Shown: positions 52,238 to 61,016 of the stretch, piece by piece | How positions within the stretch are numbered: the stretch's first letter is position 1 | How the letters are laid out: every line of letters starts with the position of its first letter | Assembly (NCBI GenBank): GCA_963824105.1 | Contig: CAWGNN010000009.1 | Span: forward strand, 500,279 to 564,278 | DNA from: an uncultured Actinomycetota bacterium | Lineage (GTDB): Bacteria; Actinomycetota; Actinomycetes; Propionibacteriales; Nocardioidaceae | Direction: 5' to 3' | Length of the DNA stretch: 64,000 nt | Translations under genes and position numbers: made by a program | Notes under the pieces: model-generated | Database searches by the model: none | What the model was told of the DNA's origin: nothing | What the model saw: the letters and a program-made list of their open reading frames with translations, nothing else

Positions 52238-52531
52238 TTAGGGATGACGGGTCGGGGCCGGGTCGACTCGGTCTATCCAGAGGAGTCGGTCGCGGTCCCC
52301 GGTCTGCTCAGGGACGCTCGTGAACGCCTCCGCCAGGAACCGCACCTTCGCCTGCCCGTTGCCCGCTGTCGAAGTCACGGATCGTCGGGGTGAGCGGCAC
52401 GACCTGCGCGGCTGCTGGACCGTGTTGAGCACCTTGTCGGCGGTCATGACCACCGCAGGTCTCGGGAAGTCAGCCTCGTGACCCTGGGGAAGGCCGAAAT
52501 CGAGGACGACGACGTCACCCGAGCTCGGCAT
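52238..52531 (-). pseudogene. PemK/MazF-like toxin, probably frame-disrupted
   Basis: The N-terminus GDVVVLDFGLPQGHEADFPRPAVVMTAD is MazF-like. The expected VVPLTPTIR strand is only readable in another frame (about 52385-52411). The remainder of the annotated frame is Arg/Ser-rich. Confidence 0.4.
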
Positions 52532-52709
52532 CCAGCCGCGCGCTCTCTCCAGCGGTGAGCTGTGTCGCCAACTGAACGCCGACGTGTTCCTGGGCCAGTG
52601 ACTTCACAGCCAGTGTCACGTTGTGCCCGACAGTGGTGCCAATCGACTCGGCGAGCCTCTTGATCTCGTCGTGGGTGGCGATGTCGATCCGCACACTGGT
52701 GGATTGCAT
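52515..52709 (-). CDS. RHH/MazE-like antitoxin
   Basis: MQSTSVRIDIATHDEIKRLAESIG RHH N-terminus. Overlaps the toxin start by 17 nt. Confidence 0.55.
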   Translation of the reverse strand: MQSTSVRIDIATHDEIKRLAESIGTTVGHNVTLAVKSLAQEHVGVQLATQLTAGESARLDAELG

Positions 52710-52733
52710 GCAGGTCAGCATGCATCTGCTCAG

Positions 52734-53525
52734 CTAGTCGGACAGATCCACGATCACCGGGGCGTGGTCGCTGGCGCCCTCCCCGGCTCGCTCCTCGGTG
52801 TCGATGAAGGCATTGGTGACCCGTTCCGCCAAGGGAGCCGAGCCGAGGACGAAGTCGATGCGTAGTCCGCGGTTTCGCTCGAACCGCTTCCTGAAGTAGT
52901 CCCAGTAGGTGTAGACGTCGGGGCCGGGTGTGAACGGCCGGGTGACGTCGCTGAGCCCGAGTCCTTCGAAAGCGAAGAACGCCGCCCTCTCCTGCGGGGT
53001 GACGTGGGTGCCGTTCTTGAAGTCCTTCATGTCGTAGACGTCGTCGTCGTAGGGTGCGACGTTCCAGTCCCCCACCAGGGCGAGTGGCAGGTCGGGTGAC
53101 TCCTGGAGCCATGCCTCGGTGGAAGCCCGGAGCGCTTCTAGCCACCGAAGCTTGTAGTGGAAATGGGGGTCGTCGGGCTTGCGTCCGTTGGGGACGTAGA
53201 GCGACCAGACTCTGACTCCGCCGCAGGTGGCGCCGATCGCCCGGGCCTCGGGCGCCTCGGGATCGCCGAACCCGGGCATGCCGGGGAACCCGATCTGGAC
53301 GTCTTCGAGCCCGACGCGGGAGAGGATCGCGACACCGTTCCACTGGTTGTAGCCGACCATCGCCACCTCGTACCCGAGGGCCTGCAGACCCATGGTGGGG
53401 AACTGCTCGTCCTTGGCCTTGGTCTCCTGAACGGCCAGCACGTCGATGTCGTGCCGGCGCAACAGCGCCTCGACCCGGTCGATGCGCGAGCGGACCGAGT
53501 TCACGTTCCAGGTGGCGATGCGCAT
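52734..53525 (-). CDS. xthA: exodeoxyribonuclease III
   Basis: MRIATWNVNSV, LAVQETK, GDWNVAP, SDHAPV. Confidence 0.93.
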   Translation of the reverse strand: MRIATWNVNSVRSRIDRVEALLRRHDIDVLAVQETKAKDEQFPTMGLQALGYEVAMVGYNQWNGVAILSRVGLEDVQIGFPGMPGFGDPEAPEARAIGATCGGVRVWSLYVPNGRKPDDPHFHYKLRWLEALRASTEAWLQESPDLPLALVGDWNVAPYDDDVYDMKDFKNGTHVTPQERAAFFAFEGLGLSDVTRPFTPGPDVYTYWDYFRKRFERNRGLRIDFVLGSAPLAERVTNAFIDTEERAGEGASDHAPVIVDLSD

Positions 53526-53567
53526 GGGGCGAACATACTCACCGGGGGTGCGAGCGACGGCGCTGGC

Positions 53568-54968
53568 TCAACGATCCCGCGATGTCTCGACGTAGATCTC
53601 TTCGTCGGCGGCCGAGCCGGCCGCGAGGGGAGTGGGAACGGGGAGAGCATCGGGGGGACGTACCCGGCTCAGGTGCGCTGCGGTCTTCCCGACCAGGACC
53701 CCGGCCGAGATGGCCGCCGCGGTCCCCAGGGCCGCGATGAGGGTCAAGATTCCGTCGACGTTCTGGGCGTCGGTCAGCCGGTACATGCCGTTGTAGATCC
53801 CGAGTCCCGGGAGCAGGGGCAGCGTGCCTGCTGCCACGGTGATCGCGGCCGGCACCCGCCAGAACCGGGACAGGAAACGGGCTGAGAAGCCGATGACGCC
53901 TGCGGCGATGGCGGTCGCCCAGGCGCCGGTCACCAGGAGGTCCCCGGTGAGCCAGAAGACGCCCTGGCTCAGTGCCCCGGCCGCGGCTGCGGCCAAGAGG
54001 TACCGCTTGGGAGCTCTCCCGGCGTAGGCAGCCGACGCGGCAGCGATCGCGGCGAAGATCATCGAGGGGCCGAGACCGACCTGACTGGAGACGTGGGCTC
54101 CACCAGGGAACGTCACTCCCATTCGTACCGAGACCTCAAGGCCGGCCGACACCCCGGCGATCAGGCCACCGGTGAGCACGAAAGCCTCCAGCAAGCGCGC
54201 CCCGGCGGTGATGTAGTACTCGCTGAATGCATCCTCGAGGCCCCCGGTCAGCGTGGTTCCGGCCAGCAGGATCACGATCGTCGCGGCGAGCACGAGGCCG
54301 GGCCTGTGGGCCACTCCGCTCAACGCTGCCAACGCCGCAACCATCGCCGCGCTGAAGCCGCCGGTGACCTGCGTGAAGAAGGCAGGCAGACCTGCTCGGC
54401 GCACCCCCCGTCCCACAGTGAGCAACGTGAGCGCTCCGACCGCGGAGACGAGAGCGATCGCAACGTCCCCGCCGAAGAGCGCGGCGATGTTGCCCGCCGC
54501 GATCGCCCAAGCGAGCACGGAGAGACGGTCGCGCCACGGGCGGCGGAGGGAGTCGATCGAGTCGAGTTCGCGCGCCGCCTCCCCGACGGTGACCTGTCTG
54601 GAGGACAGCCGCTCGGCGAGCGACTCGGTGCGAGCGATCCGGGAGTAGTCGCGTCCGGACGACTTGACCACGCGCATGAGGGTGAGGGGCTCGCGCAGGG
54701 AGCTCTGTCGGGTCGAGACTGTGATCGAGTTGAACGTCACGTCGACGTCGACGCCCCCCACGTGACAGCCCGACAGGACGCGCCGGACGGCCTGGGTGGT
54801 CTCGGCCGCGGAGTCGCCGGACGAGAGCAGAGCTTCTCCGATCCTGAGCGCGACTTCGAGGGTCCGCCGCAGCTCGAGATCGACGCCGGCAGCGCCGCCC
54901 GCGGACGAGTGCGCAGCGGCGTCGGTGGTGGGGTCGACGCCTCTGGGGTCGCTCGTGGGTCCGAGCAC
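53568..54968 (-). CDS. threonine/serine exporter family protein (ThrE: DUF1212 + DUF3815)
   Basis: LRIGEALLSSGDSAAETTQAV N-terminal domain followed by about 10 TM helices. Confidence 0.75.
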   Translation of the reverse strand: MLGPTSDPRGVDPTTDAAAHSSAGGAAGVDLELRRTLEVALRIGEALLSSGDSAAETTQAVRRVLSGCHVGGVDVDVTFNSITVSTRQSSLREPLTLMRVVKSSGRDYSRIARTESLAERLSSRQVTVGEAARELDSIDSLRRPWRDRLSVLAWAIAAGNIAALFGGDVAIALVSAVGALTLLTVGRGVRRAGLPAFFTQVTGGFSAAMVAALAALSGVAHRPGLVLAATIVILLAGTTLTGGLEDAFSEYYITAGARLLEAFVLTGGLIAGVSAGLEVSVRMGVTFPGGAHVSSQVGLGPSMIFAAIAAASAAYAGRAPKRYLLAAAAAGALSQGVFWLTGDLLVTGAWATAIAAGVIGFSARFLSRFWRVPAAITVAAGTLPLLPGLGIYNGMYRLTDAQNVDGILTLIAALGTAAAISAGVLVGKTAAHLSRVRPPDALPVPTPLAAGSAADEEIYVETSRDR

Positions 54969-55120
54969 GACGTCACTCCAGGGGTGAGGGGGTCCTCTGC
55001 CTTTGACTGTACGGGAGGAATCAATGGCTCGACCCCACCAGCCGGTGCGGAACTCTCAGCGCCTGGCGGCGCCCAGGTCGGATTCGGGAACGCCCGGGCT
55101 GCACCGTAGAGTTGCCGCCC

Positions 55121-56197
55121 GTGGCACTCACGATCGGCATCGTCGGACTCCCCAATGCGGGCAAGTCGACCCTCTTCAACGCGCTGACGAAGAACAACGT
55201 CCTCGCGGCCAACTACCCCTTCGCGACCATCGAGCCCAACGTGGGGGTCGTGGCGCTGCCCGACCCCCGACTGGACAAGCTCGCCGGGATCTTCGGATCC
55301 GAGCGGATCATCCCTGCCACCGTGCAGTTCGTCGACATCGCCGGCATCGTCAAGGGGGCGTCGGAGGGCGAGGGGTTGGGCAACAAGTTCCTCTCCCACA
55401 TCCGCGAGTCGGACGCGATCTGTCAGGTCACCCGGGTCTTCCGCGACGAGGACGTCTCTCACGTCGAGGGCGAGGTGAACCCGGCCAGCGACATCACCAC
55501 CATCCAGACCGAGCTGATCCTCGCCGACCTGCAGACGCTGGAGAAGGCGATCCCTCGGCTGGAGAAGGAAGCCAAGGGTAGGAAGGAGATGGTCCCGGCG
55601 CTCGAGTCCGCCCAGGCAGCCAAGGACGCGCTGGAGGCGGGCACGCCGATCATCTCCACGACCATCGACCGCGCGCAGATCCGCGAACTGATGCTGCTGA
55701 CCGCAAAGCCCTACCTCTACGTCTTCAACTGCGACGCCGACGAGCTGGGCGACGATGAGCTCAAGTCGAGGATGCGCGAGCTGGTCGCTCCTGCCGAGGC
55801 GATCTTCCTCGACGCGAAGTTCGAGGCGGAGCTCGTCGAGCTCGACGACGAGAACGAGGCGCGGGAGATGCTCCACGAGCTCGGTGTCGAGGAGCCCGGC
55901 CTCGACGTGCTCGCCAGGGTCGGCTTCGACACCCTCGGCCTACAGACCTATCTCACCGCCGGCCCCAAAGAGTCCCGAGCGTGGCAGATCCACAAGGGCG
56001 ACACCGCACCCGAGGCAGCCGGCGTCATTCACACCGACTTCCAGAAGGGTTTCATCAAGGCCGAGATCGTCTCCTACAACGACCTGGTCTCAGCGGGTTC
56101 GATGGCGGCGGCGCGGGCGGCGGGCAAGGTGCGCATGGAGGGCAAGGACTACGTGATGGCCGACGGAGACATCGTAGAGTTCAGGTTCAACGTGTAG
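55121..56197 (+). CDS. ychF: redox-regulated ATPase YchF
   Basis: [31 protein letters not shown] domain, C-terminal [13 protein letters not shown] start preferred over the track TTG at 55112. Confidence 0.95.
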   Translation: MALTIGIVGLPNAGKSTLFNALTKNNVLAANYPFATIEPNVGVVALPDPRLDKLAGIFGSERIIPATVQFVDIAGIVKGASEGEGLGNKFLSHIRESDAICQVTRVFRDEDVSHVEGEVNPASDITTIQTELILADLQTLEKAIPRLEKEAKGRKEMVPALESAQAAKDALEAGTPIISTTIDRAQIRELMLLTAKPYLYVFNCDADELGDDELKSRMRELVAPAEAIFLDAKFEAELVELDDENEAREMLHELGVEEPGLDVLARVGFDTLGLQTYLTAGPKESRAWQIHKGDTAPEAAGVIHTDFQKGFIKAEIVSYNDLVSAGSMAAARAAGKVRMEGKDYVMADGDIVEFRFNV

Positions 56198-56629
56198 CGG
56201 TCAGTCCCGACCTGCTCCTCATCCACGAGGGGATCGGACTGCACGGTCACCTCGTCGGCGAGGGTGAGTTCGACCGACCCACCGAGGTATTCCTGCCAGA
56301 CATCGTTTACGACGTCTCGGCTCTGGGGGGACAGACTCTCCTCGGGTGCGACGCGGTCGCGGCTGCAATGCGGGCGCTCCGTGACCGAAATCCTGTCGCT
56401 CACCACGTGTCCAACATCGTCGTTGAGCAGTTCGATGGAGGCCGGGCGAGAGTACGGTCGAGGGGATTGGCCGCCATGGCCGACGGCTCGGCGGGTTCCG
56501 TCGTCTATCTCACGAGCTCGTTCGGTCAGGCGGTGACGGTTGGCGAATTTCTCGGCGCACAGTGCTGCCTCGTAGACAGCCGCTGACTCCGTCTGCCTGA
56601 CCGTGGACTCATCTTCGTAACCTGATGGG

Positions 56630-56683
56630 GTCGAGTTTCGTCACCGAGCAACGACTTCTGGGAAGAAGTAGCTGTTCTTCAGA
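56630..56683 (+). repeat. ychF-end-derived cassette boundary repeat R1
   Basis: GTCGAGTTTCGTCACCGAGCAACGACTTCTGGGAAGAAGTAGCTGTTCTTCAGA. In frame it reads VEFRHRATTSGKK*. Confidence 0.85.
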
Positions 56684-56689
56684 CATCCG

Positions 56690-57574
56690 ATGGAGGAAGT
56701 CATGGACGAGAGCCGGTTCGCGGTCGAAGGGGTCCAGGTCGGTCACTGGACGGACGACACCGGCCTGACCGGATGCACCGTGGTCGAGCTCCCCGTAGGG
56801 ACGACTGCTTCGTATGAGGCGCGCGGGGGAGCCCCTGCATCGCGAGAGCTGCTGCTCTTGGAGCCCGACAAGACGGTGCAGTCGGTCGACGCGGTCCTGC
56901 TCACTGGCGGGTCTGCTTTCGGTCTCGCCGCGGCCGACGGGGTGATGGAGCACTACCGGCTCCAGGGACGCGGCGTCCCCACCCCAGGCGGCCCCGTCCC
57001 GATCGTTCCCACCCTCGCGCTCTTCGATCTCGCGGTGGGTAACCCGTTGGCCCACCCAGACGCCGATGCCGGACGAGCGGCAGCCCAGTCCGTGCGAGCG
57101 CGGCAGGTCTTGCGGGGTCGAGTGGGAGCCGGGACGGGTGCGCAGGTGAGCCATTGGCGCGGCCCCGAGGGCCGACGGCCCGGAGGTCTGGCGTATGCCG
57201 AGCACCGCCTCGGCGACCTCGCGGTCGCCGTCTTGTGTGTCGTCAACGCCTTTGGTGACGTCGACGACGGCTCGTCTTCTGTGGTCTTCGATGCAGTTGC
57301 CGCCCTGGAGTCACCATTCGCCTTCGACCAGGGTCGAAGCCACACCACGATCGGGGTGGTCGTCACCAATGCGCGCCTGGACAAGGTGGGGTGCCGGATC
57401 GTCGCCCAAGGGGCTCACGACGGCCTCGCGCGCGCGTTGACGCCGCCTCACACCCGCTTCGACGGCGACGCCTTCGTGGCTGCCGCCACCGGCCAGGTCG
57501 ACGCCCCGGTCGACGCGGTGCGCCTGCTCGCTCTGGCCTGCGTCACCGACGCAGTGCGGTCGGTCGCCTCCTGA
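56690..57574 (+). CDS. P1/S58 family peptidase (DmpA-like L-aminopeptidase/D-esterase)
   Basis: TDDTGLTGCTVV, LLTGGSAFGL, VGAGTGA. Alternative start ATG 56702 behind GGAGGA. Confidence 0.8.
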   Translation: MEEVMDESRFAVEGVQVGHWTDDTGLTGCTVVELPVGTTASYEARGGAPASRELLLLEPDKTVQSVDAVLLTGGSAFGLAAADGVMEHYRLQGRGVPTPGGPVPIVPTLALFDLAVGNPLAHPDADAGRAAAQSVRARQVLRGRVGAGTGAQVSHWRGPEGRRPGGLAYAEHRLGDLAVAVLCVVNAFGDVDDGSSSVVFDAVAALESPFAFDQGRSHTTIGVVVTNARLDKVGCRIVAQGAHDGLARALTPPHTRFDGDAFVAAATGQVDAPVDAVRLLALACVTDAVRSVAS

Positions 57575-57713
57575 CATCCGGGTCCCCGCACGTCTGGACG
57601 CCGATCATCGCCGCACGCCCGGTCCTGTTGACCGCCTCGTTCGAGCAGTGGACGTGGATGGTGAGGAGCGCCAGCCACGTCGACGCATCCCACTGAGCGG
57701 GCGGAGGGGTCTC

Positions 57714-57768
57714 GTCGAGTTCGGTCACGGTGTGGCAACTTCCGGGGAAGAAGTAGCTCGGCTCTGAA
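57714..57768 (+). repeat. cassette boundary repeat R2
   Basis: GTCGAGTTCGGTCACGGTGTGGCAACTTCCGGGGAAGAAGTAGCTCGGCTCTGAA. Confidence 0.8.
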
Positions 57769-57793
57769 CGGGAACCGGAGTTTCAGTGGCGAT

Positions 57794-58528
57794 TCAGCTG
57801 CCGTGCAGCGCTACCGCGTCGAGCATCGCCCCGGCCGCGTCATCGTGCCGGCCCAGCGCGACGTTCAGGACGGTCGTGGCCGTCCAGGCGGGGTCGTCCC
57901 ACCGCTCGGGCGGGTTCTCCCGCCAGACCGACATCGAGTCGGTGAGCTCGGTCCGCACGAGCCCCGGCAGTACGTCGAGCGCCACCACGCCCGTGCCGGC
58001 CAGCGAGCCCGCCAGTGTTTGGGTGAGCAGGGTCGCTGCCCGCTTGCCTACCGCATAGCCGGTGTATGTGCCCGACAGTGCTGCTGCCCGCGCCTCGCTC
58101 GCGATGGTGACCACCCGACCGCGGCCGCGCGCCACCATGTCGCCGAGCACGATCGCGTCCAACAGCAGGGGCCCGCGCAGGCACGTCTCGACCACCGACC
58201 AGGTGACCGCGGGGTCTACTTCCCACAGCGGCACTGCCTCGGGCTCGATCGCCGCAGCCGAGTGCACCAGGAGGTCGGTTGGCCCGTACTCCGAGCGCAC
58301 CCTTGACAGTGCCGCGGCGGTCTCCTCCAGGCTGGTGATGTCGCAGGGAACGGCGAATGCCAGCGGGCCGAGCGCGCTCGCGGCTTCGTCCAGCACGTCG
58401 GCCCTTCGGCCGAGGAGTGCGACGCGCATTCCGGCCTCAACCAAGGAGCGGGCCACTGCCAGGCCGATGCCGGTGCCGCCGCCGGTGACCAGACCGACCT
58501 GGTCGGCCAGGGGAGTGCTGTCGTCCAT
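57794..58528 (-). CDS. SDR family oxidoreductase
   Basis: VTGGGTGIGLA cofactor motif, YAVGKRA (YxxxK). Start at MDDSTP. Confidence 0.85.
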   Translation of the reverse strand: MDDSTPLADQVGLVTGGGTGIGLAVARSLVEAGMRVALLGRRADVLDEAASALGPLAFAVPCDITSLEETAAALSRVRSEYGPTDLLVHSAAAIEPEAVPLWEVDPAVTWSVVETCLRGPLLLDAIVLGDMVARGRGRVVTIASEARAAALSGTYTGYAVGKRAATLLTQTLAGSLAGTGVVALDVLPGLVRTELTDSMSVWRENPPERWDDPAWTATTVLNVALGRHDDAAGAMLDAVALHGS

Positions 58529-58635
58529 GGTCCCGAGCCTAGGGCGCGTCCTTGGAGCCACGCTCACGAGCACATGGTGATTGCAGCTGACCGCTGGATG
58601 GATGAGCTCGCGTCGCTGAGCGGAGACCAGGCGTG

Positions 58636-58691
58636 GTCGAGTTCCGGCACGGAGCAACATCGTCTGGGAAGAAGTAGCTGTGCCTCCTGCA
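58636..58691 (+). repeat. cassette boundary repeat R3
   Basis: GTCGAGTTCCGGCACGGAGCAACATCGTCTGGGAAGAAGTAGCTGTGCCTCCTGCA. In frame it reads VEFRHGATSSGKK*. Confidence 0.85.
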
Positions 58692-58753
58692 TCGGCTCAC
58701 TTCGCGAAGCGTGCGCGTCCGAAGCGCGAGCACGCTGTCCGGGGCCCCGCAGG

Positions 58754-59647
58754 TCACGGCGCACAGGCCCCGGAACCGAGTTTGGCGAGCCCGGTGAGGT
58801 CGCCGGCACCGTAGTTGGTCTGTCCGCGCGACTCCGGGAACATGATCTGGGAAGGATCCTGAACATGACCGAGACCAAGGACATGCCCTAGTTCGTGCAT
58901 GACCACCGCTTGCTCGGCCTGCGTGTGATGTTGCGCGCTTTCCTGGTCGAACCAACTGCTCAGAAGAGCGATCTGTCCGGTGACATAGTGCGGTTGGTTG
59001 GCGCCGTTCACCACGAGAAGCTCGCTGCCGCCGAGCCCGACCGTATCGGCGTTGGCACTTGCGCTGTCCAGGGTCGTGGGGAAGCTGATGAGCACCGGCT
59101 TTGGGACAACCGCATTCTTGCGTTCGGCCCAGGTGTCTGCTGTGAGTCCGTCGTAGACGAATTCAAGGCCGCTCGCGGCTTGGGTCTTCTTCACCGCGGG
59201 CTGGATGAAGGAGAGAAAGTCTGGTGGGGCTCCGCCGGGGTTGATGACGTAGTGAATGGGCTTGCACGGGTCGTAGGTCACCGGGTCGCCTGCTGAGTCC
59301 GTGTTCTCAATCGAGTAGTTCAACGACGACACCGTCGGCGTGACGACGGGAAGAAGACGATTCGGCCGTCCGATGATGCCGATCGCCTCGGCAAGAGGCT
59401 TGATCGGACCGGGGTTCACAAGTACCAAGGCAACAACAACGCCCCCGAGTCCGACCGCAGTGGCCGTGGCGATGCCCAGTCGGCGAAGACGGCCCCGCCG
59501 GTTCCGATACCGGAGGGCGGCTCGCTCTGCCGTGGCCGCGCGAGCAGCGGACTCAGCTGTCTGGCGCGTGACCCCGGTCCAGCGGGTGCCGTCGTGCCAC
59601 CGCTCCCCATCCCCCTGAGGGTCGGGATGCCAACCCCGCTCAGTCAC
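58754..59647 (-). CDS. membrane-anchored metzincin (matrixin-like Zn protease) with N-terminal DUF2510 motif
   Basis: GWHPDPQGDGERWHDGTRWT (DUF2510), one TM helix, HELGHVLGLGH zinc motif. GTG start at 59647. Confidence 0.75.
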   Translation of the reverse strand: MTERGWHPDPQGDGERWHDGTRWTGVTRQTAESAARAATAERAALRYRNRRGRLRRLGIATATAVGLGGVVVALVLVNPGPIKPLAEAIGIIGRPNRLLPVVTPTVSSLNYSIENTDSAGDPVTYDPCKPIHYVINPGGAPPDFLSFIQPAVKKTQAASGLEFVYDGLTADTWAERKNAVVPKPVLISFPTTLDSASANADTVGLGGSELLVVNGANQPHYVTGQIALLSSWFDQESAQHHTQAEQAVVMHELGHVLGLGHVQDPSQIMFPESRGQTNYGAGDLTGLAKLGSGACAP

Positions 59648-59742
59648 ACGTAGCCCTCCTGTCCACCCGTGTCCACGTGATCCGGTCGCAAGGGTAGACC
59701 TCCGCCTGAGCCCGGACCTCTGAGTGGACGCGAGGGAAGCCG

Positions 59743-59798
59743 ATCGAGTTCCGTCACGGAGCAACAACGTCTGGGAAGAAGTAACTGGGCTCTGAGCA
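59743..59798 (+). repeat. cassette boundary repeat R4
   Basis: ATCGAGTTCCGTCACGGAGCAACAACGTCTGGGAAGAAGTAACTGGGCTCTGAGCA. In frame it reads IEFRHGATTSGKK*. Confidence 0.85.
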
Positions 59799-59838
59799 TC
59801 CGCTCGAGCCGATGTGAATGAAGTCGTAGGCTCACCGG

Positions 59839-60261
59839 GTGAGCGATGTTCTGGACACGGGGCCGTTCTTCCACGGGACCAAAGCGGACCTGAGGGTGGG
59901 CGAACTTCTGGCGGCGGGCTTCCGATCGAACTATCGACCCGAAGTGTCGATGAACCACATCTACTTCACAGCTTTGCTGGACGGTGCTGGGCTTGCTGCG
60001 GAGCTCGCCGTGGAGCTCGCCGGCGGCGACGGGATCCCACGCGTCTACCTCGTTGAGCCGACCGGAGCGTTCGAGAACGACCCCAACGTGACCGACAAGA
60101 AGTTCCCCGGGAACCCAACCCGGTCCTACCGCAGCCGAGAACCGCTCAGGATCATCGACGAGGTGACTGACTGGAAGCGCCTCACCCCTGACGAGCTCCA
60201 AGCATGGCGTGAGCGACTGGCGGTTCTCCTGGGGGAAGAAGGCGGAGAGATCATCAACTGA
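59839..60261 (+). CDS. arr: rifampin ADP-ribosyltransferase
   Basis: GPFFHGTKADL, GFRSNY, HIYFTALLD, VYLVEPTGAFENDPNVTDKKFPGNPTRSYRSREPLRII is near-colinear with Arr-2/Arr-ms as I remember them. Confidence 0.88.
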   Translation: MSDVLDTGPFFHGTKADLRVGELLAAGFRSNYRPEVSMNHIYFTALLDGAGLAAELAVELAGGDGIPRVYLVEPTGAFENDPNVTDKKFPGNPTRSYRSREPLRIIDEVTDWKRLTPDELQAWRERLAVLLGEEGGEIIN

Positions 60262-60298
60262 CCCACCGTCCAGTCATGCCTGCGGGCACGTGAACGTG

Positions 60299-60340
60299 GT
60301 CGAGTTCCGCTTCGACGTCTCGACCTGGGGAGGGCGCAGA
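60299..60340 (+). repeat. cassette boundary repeat R5 (ychF-terminus type)
   Basis: GTCGAGTTCCGCTTCGACGTCTCGACCTGGGGAGGGCGCAGA begins with VEFRFDV and is followed by CATCGG as in R1/R3/R4. Confidence 0.75.
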
Positions 60341-60384
60341 CATCGGAGTGTGACGCGTGATGCGCATCGCGCTACACTCGGCTA

Positions 60385-60663
60385 GTGATCAGGTCGTTCA
60401 AACACAAGGGCTTGCGGGACTTGTTCACGAAGGGCAAGGCGACGGGTGTTCAACCGGCACATGCGCGGCGCCTCAGGATGCAGTTGGCGGCGCTTCACAC
60501 GGCCAGCAGTATCGATGACATGGACATTCCCGGATACCGCTTACATCCGCTCAAGGGTGCGGGCCGGGGGCGTTGGTCGATCACGGTCAATGGCAACTGG
60601 AGGGTGACCTTCGAGTTCCGCGACGGGGACGCCTACGTTCTAGATTACGAGGACTATCACTGA
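60385..60663 (+). CDS. higB: HigB-type (RelE/ParE superfamily) toxin
   Basis: IRSFKHKGLRDLF...HPLKG...WSITVNGNWRVTFEF...V.LDYEDYH is canonical for the HigB killer protein. Confidence 0.88.
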   Translation: MIRSFKHKGLRDLFTKGKATGVQPAHARRLRMQLAALHTASSIDDMDIPGYRLHPLKGAGRGRWSITVNGNWRVTFEFRDGDAYVLDYEDYH

Positions 60664-60968
60664 TGACGACCACGATGCAGATGTACGACCCGCCGCATCC
60701 GGGCGAGTTCATCACGGAGACGTATCTGACTCCCTTTGGTATCAGCGGGCGGTTGTTGGCTACCCACCTCGGGGTCTCGGCGTCGACGCTGGCGCGTGTG
60801 CTCAACGGGTCCAGTCGTGTCACCCCAGAGATGGCCCTCCGATTGGGCCGGGTGATTGGACGCTCGCCCGAGAGCTGGCTAGCCATGCAGGACGCCTATG
60901 ACCTCTGGGAGGCGCGTCCGAAGGTCGACGTCTCGACGCTCGCTCCGGTCAAGTTCGCCGTCTCCTAG
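60663..60968 (+). CDS. higA: HigA antitoxin (XRE-family HTH)
   Basis: PPHPGEFITETYL...LATHLGVSASTLARVLNG...TPEMALRL. 1-nt overlap with the higB stop. Confidence 0.88.
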   Translation: MTTTMQMYDPPHPGEFITETYLTPFGISGRLLATHLGVSASTLARVLNGSSRVTPEMALRLGRVIGRSPESWLAMQDAYDLWEARPKVDVSTLAPVKFAVS

Positions 60969-61016
60969 GTGTCCCGACGGCGTGGCGAAGGAGAGACAGT
61001 TACGGCGCTGAAGCGG

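Noticed and set aside
56201-56241. Possible terminator hairpin after ychF (CAGTCCCGA ... TCGGACTG)
   Set aside because: The stem is imperfect, the loop is about 23 nt and there is no T-tract. Weak as an intrinsic terminator.
57543-57728. 61-aa minus-strand ORF starting inside repeat R2 (MTELDETPPPAQWDASTW...)
   Set aside because: The start codon is simply the reverse complement of the conserved repeat head. No motif, no RBS, and no conservation that I can judge.
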